Source of the DNA: a virus
Virus record (IMG/VR): IMGVR_UViG_3300025118_004802
Location: 1 to 64,000 of that record
Length of the DNA stretch: 64,000 nt
Reading direction: 5' to 3' (one strand)
Positions 50,688 through 60,248 of the stretch are shown here, in pieces. Under the pieces are notes generated by a model that ran no database searches, was not told where the DNA came from, and saw only the letters and a list, made by a program, of their open reading frames with translations. The first letter of the stretch is position 1. The number at the start of each line of letters is the position of its first letter. The position numbers were made by a program, and so were the translations under genes.

Positions 50688-52277
50688 TCACTTTCCCTCT
50701 CGTACAAGCTGCCACCCTCCCGCGATAGCTTTTTGCACACAGAAGTCCCTCTCAGAGAAGAACGTCTGATGGCTCACAGCGGAGTTGGTTGAAGTGGCTT
50801 TGCTATCAATCCCTAGCTCGTTACCATAGATTGAACCATGTAGTGCTTTGTTATCTGGCGGATGAGGAGGGCAATAGGTCTTAATTCCTCCATGCTTTTG
50901 GGCCATATAAGAAAACTGCATGTCCTCACCGTTATCCCACGTGGTAGGCGGCTCGTACCACAAGTATTTAAGCCACGAGCGCTCAAAAAACCACGCGTGG
51001 CCCACAAGATCGACCTCTGTAGTTTTCGTGTTTTCAGCAGGCCAACCGATGCGAGTGTGAGGATTATAAGTATTATTGTGTAAAATTACACCAGCTGAAC
51101 CTAAAATCCCAGGTGTTTCCTTCATCGTCTGTATACAGTTTTCAAACCACTGTGAGCCCGGTATTGTGTCGTCGTCGAAAATAGCAACATATTTCGTGTC
51201 CGCCAACAATGCAGCAGAAAACCGTCCGTAAAATTTCCAATTATGGTCATTCCGGAATACCCTGTCAACATCTAAAACTTCAAAATCAAACCCACTTAGA
51301 TCTTCGTGGTCATTGACCCAAATCCAAATTTGTTTAGGAGGCCGGTTTTGTTCCTTGATCGATTTTATTTGACGCTCCAAGTTGTAAGGACGCCGATATG
51401 CATTTAAGATAACTGTAATGTCTTCATATTCTGCAGGAGCAACGAACGTGTCGACAAAGACGTCTATTACCCTCTCTCGTTGTCCTCTCAAGTATTCGAT
51501 AAGCTCGGCGCCCTTTAATTTAAACCAATCCTCGCTTGTGGCACCAATTAAATGATTAGTGTGCACCGTGCACCCCAACATACGAGCTTCAACGATGACA
51601 CGGCTATAAGTCTCCAAAACGGTAGGTAAGAATACGAAGCTCTCACACTCGCTCAGTTGTTCAAGAAAGGCGGAGGGTGTGCATGGGCCCAAGAGTTCGT
51701 ACTCCATCTTATTAGAAACGCAGTGCTCGATGGCGCCAGAGGTGTTCTTAATAACATTTGCCGAGTTCATGACGCCGGCGCCTCGGCGCTTTGTACTCGT
51801 ACGCAGCAATTGCTCAATGTGATCCAATTCTTGATCAGTCCACGGGTTTGTTGAAGCATTGATAATGTTTTTCAAGCCCAAGTTCTTCTGTAATACTTCT
51901 GCATGGATTTTCGTTTGGCAGACCACCGCGTGGGCATTTCGATAAAAGTCCTTGTTTACAAGTTGGTCAGCGGGGGCTATGAAATCCTGGAACACGGAGG
52001 GGTCCCGCGTTTTCAAATATTTATGATCATGCTCATAGATGATGTATTTCTCCTGTGCCAGTTTACGCTTACAGGAGTCGCCCAGGTTTAAAAAGTTGCC
52101 TACAATAAAGTTGCTGCCGGAGTATTCTTCGAGTACAAATAAATTTACCTGATGAGAGTGTATGGGTATCACTGTGTGGCCGCGAGACCTCAGAGAAGTA
52201 ATCAAAACATCGTTTACTATCTCTCCTCCACCGCAAACATCTGCTTTAAAAAAATCAGCAATAAAGACGTACTGCAC
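50688..52277 (-). CDS. Bifunctional glycosyltransferase (GT-B N-terminal + GT-A/GT2 C-terminal)
   Basis: ETYSRVIVEARMLG (E-x7-E), followed by ITVILNAYRR, IFDDD and GED. Confidence 0.7.
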   Translation of the reverse strand: MQYVFIADFFKADVCGGGEIVNDVLITSLRSRGHTVIPIHSHQVNLFVLEEYSGSNFIVGNFLNLGDSCKRKLAQEKYIIYEHDHKYLKTRDPSVFQDFIAPADQLVNKDFYRNAHAVVCQTKIHAEVLQKNLGLKNIINASTNPWTDQELDHIEQLLRTSTKRRGAGVMNSANVIKNTSGAIEHCVSNKMEYELLGPCTPSAFLEQLSECESFVFLPTVLETYSRVIVEARMLGCTVHTNHLIGATSEDWFKLKGAELIEYLRGQRERVIDVFVDTFVAPAEYEDITVILNAYRRPYNLERQIKSIKEQNRPPKQIWIWVNDHEDLSGFDFEVLDVDRVFRNDHNWKFYGRFSAALLADTKYVAIFDDDTIPGSQWFENCIQTMKETPGILGSAGVILHNNTYNPHTRIGWPAENTKTTEVDLVGHAWFFERSWLKYLWYEPPTTWDNGEDMQFSYMAQKHGGIKTYCPPHPPDNKALHGSIYGNELGIDSKATSTNSAVSHQTFFSERDFCVQKAIAGGWQLVREGK

Positions 52278-52279
52278 TA

Positions 52280-53602
52280 CTACTCGTATGTCTGCACCGG
52301 TGGGGAAGCGGGGGGCGGCGTGATACCCGATATAGGTTGCAGCATGGTGCCGACCTCGGGCTCCTTTAGCACATTCAGGATCTCTTCCGCAAACTTAGTA
52401 CTTTGGTTTTCAAAGGAGTGTGTTTGTAATATATGCTTTTGCAACTTCTTCGCCAAACCGCGATGTTGGTTATACTTTTTAATCATTTCCTTCATTTTGG
52501 TTTTGGCGCTATTTTCCTTTGGATAGCACCACGCTGCATCGGGCTGGATTACTCCCTCCCAATGAGCATCTTCCTGAACAACATTCAAATCATAATCGAC
52601 CCGAGAAAAATGGGGCCGCATTCGAACCTTTTTTGTCTTTTTCTTGATAACCGGAGCATACAAAAAATCTAATTGACCACCCCACTCTGGTGCCAACACT
52701 GGCATGCCATTACAAACAGCCTCGAAAAGCGGTAATCCATACCCTTCTCCGTGTGACAGGGATAACAAGCAATGAATGTCAGGATGGGTATAAAGACCAG
52801 TCATCTCTTCATCGGTCATCTCTCCGTGCACCAAGTATATCTTACACTGGATCTCTTGATCCTCGAAAGAGTCCATAAGTTGTGTGAACCCTGCGCTTGT
52901 AACTTCGCGGTCCATGGTGCTATTATTCTGATTGAACACCTTCAAAACGAGACCCACTGTTGGATCATCCTTAAACTGTTCAATGAACCACCTGGTCGTG
53001 TTTAGCAAGTTCTTGCGGGGTCCATTTTGTGCAACGATAAGAAAGTTGAACTTGGTTTTAAACTCAACCCCCAGTTCTGCTGGTTCTAAAGTCTTAGCAG
53101 GGAAATTGACGACGGACACCGGAGTGGTGACACGAAAATCCTCAAACACCTGGCCTGTTTCTTTATGTTCGGCATGGTATGCCGTGTTGTCAAAGCCATA
53201 TTTAGCGTGATTTGACACAACTATGACCTTGTCCATCATATTGGACTTCTCAACCCAAATCGGTGCTATTTTTGTACACTCAATCCCAGCTGTGTATCCT
53301 ATATTAACGGCTGCTATCCTTTCCCATTCATTAGGAATAGTGACCTGTAAGGACACATCATAGGTGTGAGGACCCACATCTGGTTGGGCATTTGCTACAT
53401 TGGTCTTGCCAATGGTATAGTCAATCCAACGCCTCTCCTCAGAGTCCTCTGCTAACCAACTTGTGTTTCCCCAGCCGGTAGTCATTAGATAAATATCAAA
53501 CTTATCCTCGTGGGCTCGGAGAGTACGCAAGGCAAATCTTGTCTGTTCTCCATAGCCGCTGCGCGTCAGGGCTGGCCCTCTTACAATGATCTTTTTTCTC
53601 AT
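52280..53602 (-). CDS. GT4-family glycosyltransferase
   Basis: RSGYG, PRKN and HGEGYGLPLFEA. Confidence 0.8.
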   Translation of the reverse strand: MRKKIIVRGPALTRSGYGEQTRFALRTLRAHEDKFDIYLMTTGWGNTSWLAEDSEERRWIDYTIGKTNVANAQPDVGPHTYDVSLQVTIPNEWERIAAVNIGYTAGIECTKIAPIWVEKSNMMDKVIVVSNHAKYGFDNTAYHAEHKETGQVFEDFRVTTPVSVVNFPAKTLEPAELGVEFKTKFNFLIVAQNGPRKNLLNTTRWFIEQFKDDPTVGLVLKVFNQNNSTMDREVTSAGFTQLMDSFEDQEIQCKIYLVHGEMTDEEMTGLYTHPDIHCLLSLSHGEGYGLPLFEAVCNGMPVLAPEWGGQLDFLYAPVIKKKTKKVRMRPHFSRVDYDLNVVQEDAHWEGVIQPDAAWCYPKENSAKTKMKEMIKKYNQHRGLAKKLQKHILQTHSFENQSTKFAEEILNVLKEPEVGTMLQPISGITPPPASPPVQTYE

Positions 53603-54903
53603 GCTGCTTTCTTCCTCTTGGTAATCTCTTGGAGTGTCCAGGGTTTATAGTTCTTTCTAGTCTCCCATGAGCCACAGTGCTCATGTAGGTCTTGGATCGT
53701 GTCATCCCAGGTTTCAATGGCCTTGTTGAGGCTATAGTTTTTTTCTACATGTTGGCGTCCTAGTTCGCCCAATTTGTCTCGCTCCTTCTGCGAGAAATTG
53801 TAAAATCTTTCCAGGGCTTCAACCACCACCTCCTCCGAGAGGCGGTCTTCGTAGATCGCTGGAATGTTTTGGGACCCTATGATCGCCTTTGAAGTGGGGT
53901 CAAGACCGATCCCAAAATATTTCTTTCCATCTGTGACTTGCTCTTGAAGACCCCCGGTCTTATTAACCAGAATAGGGGTCCCGCACGCCAAAGACTCTAG
54001 GGTTGCTAAGCCAAAGCCCTCAGCATCAGATATATTAATAGTACAGTCAACCATATTGTAAATTTTAGCTAAAATCGGTTCGGGCAGCTTTTCCTTTGAC
54101 AGCATGACTTGTCCATCAGTTATTCCCAATTCTCTAAGAATGTACTCTAGATCTTGACCATGCTGGTCTGTAGGATCTGTATGCATGATGAGCATCGCTT
54201 TATCGTGACCTACTTTGTCCAAAAACTTTTTGAACCAATAGATCAATGAACCAGATTGTTTTCGCCGGGCGTTTCTGTTGTTCCAGAAAAAAACCATCTT
54301 GTCTTCATTCTTCTCACCAAGTGCTTCTTGACGAAACTGCCTTATCTCTTCCTCTGGAAGCTTAATGTACGCAGGACCAGGGACGTGCCCAATACGCTTA
54401 ACAGGGACGTCCGGAGACACAGTCCTCACTATATCATCAGTAACTTTAGAAATTGTCACTACCAAGTCATTGGAATCATAGTATTTCTTATTAAAAGTAG
54501 GGTATGGGTAATTATCCCATACATGGTAGTAAACCATCGGGATCATCGGACGGATCTCATTGTCCATCTCCCATAGCCAGCCCCAAAACCTCGGATCTGT
54601 CATAAACCACAAGACATCAGGGCGCTCGGAACGAATCAAAGAGCGTATCACGTCTTTGTTACCATACCCGTCTATAGGGACGATTTTCCAACTCTCCCCG
54701 TACTCAGGGGTTACAATAGGTTTGTAATCATGATGCTTCATGGCGCCGGCCAAAGAGAAAAATTCATATTTCCCAGTACGCAGCAGCCCCTCAATAAAGT
54801 ACTTTGTCTGTGTACCGACCCCTGAGGGTGATAAGGGGTGATCACTCAAAGTTAAGATTTTTATTTTTTTTGGAGAAGTATCCCCACTAATATTTTCAGA
54901 CAT
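53599..54903 (-). CDS. GT4-family glycosyltransferase
   Basis: PSGVG, RNARRK and AEGFGLATLES. Confidence 0.8.
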   Translation of the reverse strand: MSENISGDTSPKKIKILTLSDHPLSPSGVGTQTKYFIEGLLRTGKYEFFSLAGAMKHHDYKPIVTPEYGESWKIVPIDGYGNKDVIRSLIRSERPDVLWFMTDPRFWGWLWEMDNEIRPMIPMVYYHVWDNYPYPTFNKKYYDSNDLVVTISKVTDDIVRTVSPDVPVKRIGHVPGPAYIKLPEEEIRQFRQEALGEKNEDKMVFFWNNRNARRKQSGSLIYWFKKFLDKVGHDKAMLIMHTDPTDQHGQDLEYILRELGITDGQVMLSKEKLPEPILAKIYNMVDCTINISDAEGFGLATLESLACGTPILVNKTGGLQEQVTDGKKYFGIGLDPTSKAIIGSQNIPAIYEDRLSEEVVVEALERFYNFSQKERDKLGELGRQHVEKNYSLNKAIETWDDTIQDLHEHCGSWETRKNYKPWTLQEITKRKKAA

Positions 54904-54917
54904 GTGTATTTATTCCC

Positions 54918-55709
54918 TTAGCTACAGTGTTCGGTGTTGTAAAAATCACAAAAACCCCAACGATTTTTGCAAGAAAGCTTGTTCTTAAGTGTAATCTTGC
55001 TTGTTATATTATAAATCGCTTTTTCCAACAAGTTAAGAGCATTATTCATCTTTTTGGCACCACTGGTTACCCGAAACAACTCTACCTTATTATTTTTAGC
55101 CGTCCGCTTAAGCAGGGCAAAATGTGTTTCGATTAGCTTATGCTCGACTCCATGTTTCTTAGCCCAGTAATTCTTGTAAAGAGTAAGTTGATAGGTAGTC
55201 ATTCTTTCGTTTTTTCTTTGAGCATCCCAGCCCCAGGAACAAGTTTTCCAATCGATTATATGGTATTTCCCATCCGAGGTCTGTAAGACAAGGTCGATGA
55301 AGCCTTTAAATTTGTAATCCTGGATGTCGGTGTCTTCATAGAGTCTTTCCTCGGTAGAAATAAGTTCAAACTCTCCGAAATATTCCTCAAGCGCTGGGAT
55401 TATGTATTCGATAAGAGGAGGTCCCTGCTGATACATATTCTTTAAAAGCTTCTTGTCTTTGATTTCGATCTGTCTGGACTCATTCAGGAACGCGTTCTTA
55501 AAAAAATCCTCAGCGTCAAACGTCTTGTCTTCTTTCGGAAGTTTTACAAGCTGTTCGCATGTATCGTGCATTGCTGTACCAAAAGCTGTGTGTTCGTTGC
55601 CATCAAACACTTTGATGCCGTCGACATAAACCAACTTATGATAATAAGGGCACGTGTTCCAGTTTTTTAATTCAGAAAAAGAAATGTGGTTCTTTTTAAG
55701 CGTCGCCAC
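54918..55709 (-). CDS. PD-(D/E)XK nuclease (RecB/Cas4-like phage exonuclease)
   Basis: ISFS..CP, FGTAMH, GFIDL, IIDWKT, QLTLY and C-terminal Cys residues (Fe-S). Start placed at GTG 55709 after AGGA. Confidence 0.8.
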   Translation of the reverse strand: MATLKKNHISFSELKNWNTCPYYHKLVYVDGIKVFDGNEHTAFGTAMHDTCEQLVKLPKEDKTFDAEDFFKNAFLNESRQIEIKDKKLLKNMYQQGPPLIEYIIPALEEYFGEFELISTEERLYEDTDIQDYKFKGFIDLVLQTSDGKYHIIDWKTCSWGWDAQRKNERMTTYQLTLYKNYWAKKHGVEHKLIETHFALLKRTAKNNKVELFRVTSGAKKMNNALNLLEKAIYNITSKITLKNKLSCKNRWGFCDFYNTEHCS

Positions 55710-56004
55710 TCTTCCTCGCTTTTGCTCCAGCCTTCTTAGGCTTGGGTGTGCTCGCCTTCTTGGCACGAGGTGCAGAAGGCTTCTTAAAAACACAAACCGC
55801 AGTTCGGCGTGTCTCTTTGATGTTGCTCATATAAGAAGGCATTTCGGTACATTTCCATTCTTCTTTGATGAGGCCACTGGCTACGACCGCTTCCGTGATC
55901 TGCGAACCGTTTAACGCACATGTATCTTCGTCTCGAACCCGGGGTGGTAGAGTCAACTCCACCCGGACCTCCTTCTCGGTTTCTAAAATAATCTTACAAT
56001 TCAT
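55696..56004 (-). CDS. Hypothetical protein with a Lys/Ala/Pro-rich basic tail
   Basis: C-terminus KKPSAPRAKKASTPKPKKAGAKARK. Confidence 0.55.
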   Translation of the reverse strand: MNCKIILETEKEVRVELTLPPRVRDEDTCALNGSQITEAVVASGLIKEEWKCTEMPSYMSNIKETRRTAVCVFKKPSAPRAKKASTPKPKKAGAKARKSGDA

Positions 56005-56008
56005 TTAC

Positions 56009-56707
56009 TTAATCTCCCTGAGATTCACCCAGAACCTCTTCTATTTTACGATAGACTGCAGGACTTATAGTCCTGACATACTCCATATCCTTCAAAAAAT
56101 ATTGCTCAAAAGCAGTCGCAAAATATTCCCTGAGGGACGTCGCTGAATAGGGCGATACAAAAAGCCCCATGCTTAATGGCACCAACGCTGGGTACCCAAT
56201 TGTATTGTACAGGAACTCGTCAAATTTTTCGGAGTACTCTGGATCCAAAAACCCCGACACAACTGGTTTAACGGCATCGTGGCCGTATTCCGCTTGTAAT
56301 ATCTGTAACAACCGCTTACGTTTCCCTAAAAATTCCACCTCAACAGCACTATCTGCATAAATAGATTCACCGTATAAGTTTTCAACATTATGAGCGACCT
56401 CATGAACGATATCGTCAATCATATCTTCTTCGCTATCCTGTTCGTTGCTCACATATATAGCACCATTTTCCAGTTTCGCATTTGTATTCTTGTTATCAAA
56501 ATCTTCAAAAGAACCAACAAAAATTGTATCAATACCATATAAAAACCGGGAAGGGACACGTTGCTCGATTTCATCCATAGCTGCCTCGACGTCAATGTCT
56601 TGATCGATGAACTTGTCTTTAAAATAGACCGGGATATTATAGAGGTTATAAGACACCATGTGCGCTTCCATCAAAAGAGTACTTAAATTTTGACGCGTCC
56701 TAGACAT
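56009..56707 (-). CDS. Zincin-like metallopeptidase (HEXXH)
   Basis: IVHEVAH with a downstream third-ligand motif YSATSLREYFA. Confidence 0.65.
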   Translation of the reverse strand: MSRTRQNLSTLLMEAHMVSYNLYNIPVYFKDKFIDQDIDVEAAMDEIEQRVPSRFLYGIDTIFVGSFEDFDNKNTNAKLENGAIYVSNEQDSEEDMIDDIVHEVAHNVENLYGESIYADSAVEVEFLGKRKRLLQILQAEYGHDAVKPVVSGFLDPEYSEKFDEFLYNTIGYPALVPLSMGLFVSPYSATSLREYFATAFEQYFLKDMEYVRTISPAVYRKIEEVLGESQGD

Positions 56708-56975
56708 CTTCTCCGGTATCTGTCCCCAGATCTAGCAGGCCCGGCTGATCGGCTAGCCCCTGCTCGTAACCGCGAATCCAGTTTTCCTCTGCGAGAGAAA
56801 GAACGAACTCAGGGAACTCATCAGCAAATACCTCCACCACCATTTCCACTGTAATCAAATTATCTTCTGGTGCTAACTTAGTTCCTACATAGTTCACGAC
56901 CATGTTTTTAAGATCAGTATCGGTAATTACCTCTGATAGCAGTTCTTCATTTTTAATATCATCAGCTTTTATCAC
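56700..56975 (-). CDS. Hypothetical phage protein
   Basis: 91-aa ORF with an AAGGA RBS. Confidence 0.55.
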   Translation of the reverse strand: MIKADDIKNEELLSEVITDTDLKNMVVNYVGTKLAPEDNLITVEMVVEVFADEFPEFVLSLAEENWIRGYEQGLADQPGLLDLGTDTGEDV

Positions 56976-56990
56976 TTTTGTTTCCTTATT

Positions 56991-58304
56991 TTACAGTACC
57001 TTCGAAGCCAGGGTTGCAACTCGGGAGCGCTCTCCTTTTCGTAGAGAGATGTGACCAGCTAACTCACAGTCCTTGAATTTCTCAATAGCGTATGTCAAAC
57101 CATTCGTTGTCTCGTCTAAATAGACATTATCGATTTGTTCAATGTCTCCTGTGAGAACTATTTTCGTATTCTCTCCTACTCTGGTAAGTATAGTCTTTAA
57201 TTCATGATTTGTTAAGTTTTGAGCCTCGTCTATCACGATAAAGGCATTCGTAATCGAACGGCCTCGTATGTAAGTCAAAGCCTCAATCTCGATAAGACCC
57301 TTATCAGTATACATATCTAGAGATGCTTTGTCATCGTTCATTAGATGCTTTAGATTATCCTCAATCGGGGCTATCCATGGGGCCATCTTTTCTTCCAATG
57401 TACCGGGCAGAAACCCTATATCTTTCCCTAGTGGTTGAACCGGGCGGGAAATGACTAGCCGTTTGTATTTTTTAGTTTCGAGCACCTGCTGTAACCCGGC
57501 AGCAACAGCTAAAAGAGTCTTCCCACAGCCTGCTTTGCCTGTGAGAGTAATGATTGGTATCTCTTCGTTCATCAGTAGGTCTATAGCAAATGTCTGTTCC
57601 TTGTTGCGAGAATGTACGCCCCAAATTCCTTGCCTGTATTCAGCGATTGCACTTAAAGGCTTTTTTATTGAAGACAGGCGCGCAAGGGCCGTTTTCTTTG
57701 GATTTGAATTCGAAACGAGCATCAAAAACTGGTTGTCATATAGTTTGTTAGTCTCGTCGTCCAGTATTACCTCTTCATGGTTATAAAACCGATCAATTAC
57801 CTGTTCATCGACAAGCTGATTTGTGAACCCAGCATACACGTCATCCAGGTCCTCAACCACTTGATTATCGACATACCCCTCACATAATATCCCTAAAGCA
57901 TCGCACTTGACGCGCATATTGATATCACGAGAAACCACAATAACCTTCCGGCGAGGTGTCTCCTCTTGTTCGCCTAGTGCCACACCAATAATCTTATTGT
58001 CAGCGTTTTCGATGTCGAAAGAATGAGGCAATATTGTTGAGGCGTTATAAGGGCGGGCGCGCACTATTCCTCTTCCTTTGCCCAGACGTACGCCCTTTCT
58101 CAAACACCCTCGGTCGCGGAGTTCGTCTAACGTTCGTATAATCTTGCGAGCGTTGGCTCCTACACCGTCCTGCCGCTTCTTGTGCTTATCGATCTCCTCA
58201 AGCACTTTAAGAGGAATAACGATATCATTATTGCCAAAAGCGCTGATTGAGGTTGCATCACTCAAATAAACGTTTGTGTCCAGTACGTAAGTTTTCTTCG
58301 CCAC
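56991..58304 (-). CDS. phoH: PIN-domain PhoH-family ATPase (PhoH2/YlaK-like)
   Basis: PIN motifs YVLDTNV and ADNKII; Walker A GKAGCGKT; GFLPG..EKM, RGRS, DEAQN and GD..QID. Confidence 0.9.
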   Translation of the reverse strand: MAKKTYVLDTNVYLSDATSISAFGNNDIVIPLKVLEEIDKHKKRQDGVGANARKIIRTLDELRDRGCLRKGVRLGKGRGIVRARPYNASTILPHSFDIENADNKIIGVALGEQEETPRRKVIVVSRDINMRVKCDALGILCEGYVDNQVVEDLDDVYAGFTNQLVDEQVIDRFYNHEEVILDDETNKLYDNQFLMLVSNSNPKKTALARLSSIKKPLSAIAEYRQGIWGVHSRNKEQTFAIDLLMNEEIPIITLTGKAGCGKTLLAVAAGLQQVLETKKYKRLVISRPVQPLGKDIGFLPGTLEEKMAPWIAPIEDNLKHLMNDDKASLDMYTDKGLIEIEALTYIRGRSITNAFIVIDEAQNLTNHELKTILTRVGENTKIVLTGDIEQIDNVYLDETTNGLTYAIEKFKDCELAGHISLRKGERSRVATLASKVL

Positions 58305-58323
58305 TTTTCGCCCTTTTACTATA

Positions 58324-59154
58324 CTAATTAGATTTCGGTCTTGTTAATTCTAACATATTCTTATACCACTTGTCATAGTAGTCCTTTATGTTATCATCGA
58401 TAAAGTCGTTCAGTACGGCTGTCCGAGGACTAAAGCTTACGTGATGAAACCCATCCACAACTGAGTGTATCATTCCCACAAGGCGCCCGTTAGAATCTAA
58501 TACTGGAGACCCTGAGGAGCCGCCTGCGGCGGGAATAGTGAACAGAGATCGATCTTTGTCTATATCGCCTGAATAGTGCCCACTGAACAGTGGTATGGCG
58601 CCGGGTTGGAACACATTGTGTGGGGCAGCTATATTATAGTAGGTCTCTCCTTTATTCAGGGTGCCATAAAAACGTTTCAGCGGTTTCACTTTAAGATTTG
58701 GCGCAAAAGCAATACACGTATCGTTCTCTTGATCCGCAGCTATTACCTCCATCCTGGCGATCTCGCCTTCGTGCGTTGTGGCCCTATGGACGACAGTAAT
58801 TTTAAATCGCTCGGTCGCTGGATCGCTTAGGAGCTGTTCTGTCAGGGCGGCCATAAAAGTCATATCATCTCGTGGATCCGCGCAAACATGCTGTGCGCTC
58901 AACACAAATACCCCTAACGCGTTAGCCGCGACGACGCTGCCGGATCCTTGGGCGCCCCAAGTTGCCATAGGAATGTTCCCACATTCTTCAACTGTTTCCT
59001 TCTTTTTTTTCTTTTTCTTGCATACACTAAATTCTACCATTCTAGAAATTTTTATAAATGAACGTGTATGGGTACGTAAAACTGATTCACTTGTACAGGA
59101 GGCCTGTAGCAAAACTAATATTAGAATAAGCCAAAGTGTCTTCTTCGTTTTCAT
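58324..59154 (-). CDS. Trypsin-like serine protease, predicted lipoprotein
   Basis: Signal peptide with lipobox LQASC; catalytic SAQHVC, DTC and GGSSGSP. Confidence 0.75.
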   Translation of the reverse strand: MKTKKTLWLILILVLLQASCTSESVLRTHTRSFIKISRMVEFSVCKKKKKKKETVEECGNIPMATWGAQGSGSVVAANALGVFVLSAQHVCADPRDDMTFMAALTEQLLSDPATERFKITVVHRATTHEGEIARMEVIAADQENDTCIAFAPNLKVKPLKRFYGTLNKGETYYNIAAPHNVFQPGAIPLFSGHYSGDIDKDRSLFTIPAAGGSSGSPVLDSNGRLVGMIHSVVDGFHHVSFSPRTAVLNDFIDDNIKDYYDKWYKNMLELTRPKSN

Positions 59155-59198
59155 ACTCCTATTGATAACTAGAGTTTTGAAAATATAAAAACAGAACT

Positions 59199-59588
59199 TT
59201 ATTCCGTGTTATAGCGTTCCTTTATATATGGGTTAATTGTTACGGGCTCGCCATCTCCATCAACCCGTACAAAAGTCATCGTTGTGGAGCAAACCAATTT
59301 CTCACTACCATTGTAGGGGCTGCGCCGGCGGGCTTGGATATCGAAAACGGCACTGGTACCACCAAAAGATTTAACAGACCCGTAAATTTTAATTATCTGA
59401 CCAGTCCGAACGGGCTTGAGAAATTCTACTTCGCTCATCTTTGCTGTGACCATACGTGGCGTTTCACAAACTTGGCACGCATATGCTACCGCTGCTTCGT
59501 CCAACCAGGCCAGCATCTGGCCACCGAACAGATTTCCGTTAAACCCAACATCCCGGGCCATACATTTTCGGGTTGATATTAGTTCCAT
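59199..59588 (-). CDS. Acyl-CoA thioesterase (hotdog fold, YciA-like)
   Basis: GNLFGGQMLAWLDEAA and EFLKPV. Confidence 0.85.
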   Translation of the reverse strand: MELISTRKCMARDVGFNGNLFGGQMLAWLDEAAVAYACQVCETPRMVTAKMSEVEFLKPVRTGQIIKIYGSVKSFGGTSAVFDIQARRRSPYNGSEKLVCSTTMTFVRVDGDGEPVTINPYIKERYNTE

Positions 59589-59632
59589 CTTTTCACCATA
59601 CGCATTTTTAGTACATCAGCAATATATATTTG

Positions 59633-59959
59633 CTACCTTGATGAAGCAGCGGTACCAGTTTTTCCTTCCCAGATACTATTCTTGACCTTTATAGTGACGT
59701 GCCAGCGTTTATGTAGCTCTGAAGCAACCCTCTTTTTAAGAGGGTCGATCATTGTATGTGTCAACCTAGTAGTATAGGGCGATATCTGCTGGACGATTAC
59801 GAGTTTTACCTCAGCATCGAACTTTAGAAACTTATACCTAACCCCCTCTTTTAAGAATAATTTTTCACTTTCTTCTACACAAATAATTTCAGCCAAAGCA
59901 ACCTTTTCCATGAAGGTTCTTTTTTTTGCAAGGGCTTTAAGATCCGCTGCTGTCGCCAT
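59633..59959 (-). CDS. Hypothetical protein
   Basis: 108-aa ORF with a GGAG RBS and a CTAATTA motif upstream. Confidence 0.5.
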   Translation of the reverse strand: MATAADLKALAKKRTFMEKVALAEIICVEESEKLFLKEGVRYKFLKFDAEVKLVIVQQISPYTTRLTHTMIDPLKKRVASELHKRWHVTIKVKNSIWEGKTGTAASSR

Positions 59960-59982
59960 AAGAAATAACTCCCTCTCTATAT

Positions 59983-60237
59983 TTAATTAGATCTCACGAG
60001 ATTCTTTCTACACCAATGAAGCGTTCTTTCTCTCTCGTTTCCAGATTTAAGCGTCCTTACAAGCACACGCTCGGCTGCCTCATTGATACTCATAATCATT
60101 ACCTTGATCGTCGGATTAGACCTCATATGGTACTCCCCTTTGTCGAGGTGTATATGCTTATATTTTTCGTATTCTTGTAGATATCTTTGCTGACTGTTCA
60201 TGGATATTCTCTTAATCGGTGTAATCGGTATACTCAT
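59983..60237 (-). CDS. Hypothetical protein
   Basis: 84-aa ORF immediately downstream of the tRNA-like gene; start uncertain. Confidence 0.45.
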   Translation of the reverse strand: MSIPITPIKRISMNSQQRYLQEYEKYKHIHLDKGEYHMRSNPTIKVMIMSINEAAERVLVRTLKSGNERERTLHWCRKNLVRSN

Positions 60238-60248
60238 CTTTCAACCAG

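Noticed and set aside
39569-54903. Bacterial O-antigen/capsule locus or eukaryotic giant-virus origin
   Set aside because: No flippase, polymerase, export or priming phosphoglycosyltransferase genes. The cluster is flanked by myovirus baseplate genes, Shine-Dalgarno sites, sigma70 promoters and tmRNA.
54918-55709. Cas4-like nuclease as evidence of a CRISPR-Cas system
   Set aside because: No repeat-spacer array or other cas genes were seen; standalone PD-(D/E)XK exonucleases are common in large phages.
58999-59019. A-rich tract encoding KKKKKKK in the trypsin-like protease as a phase-variation or frameshift site
   Set aside because: The longest homopolymer is only 8 nt, the frame is intact, and no alternative-frame product is evident.
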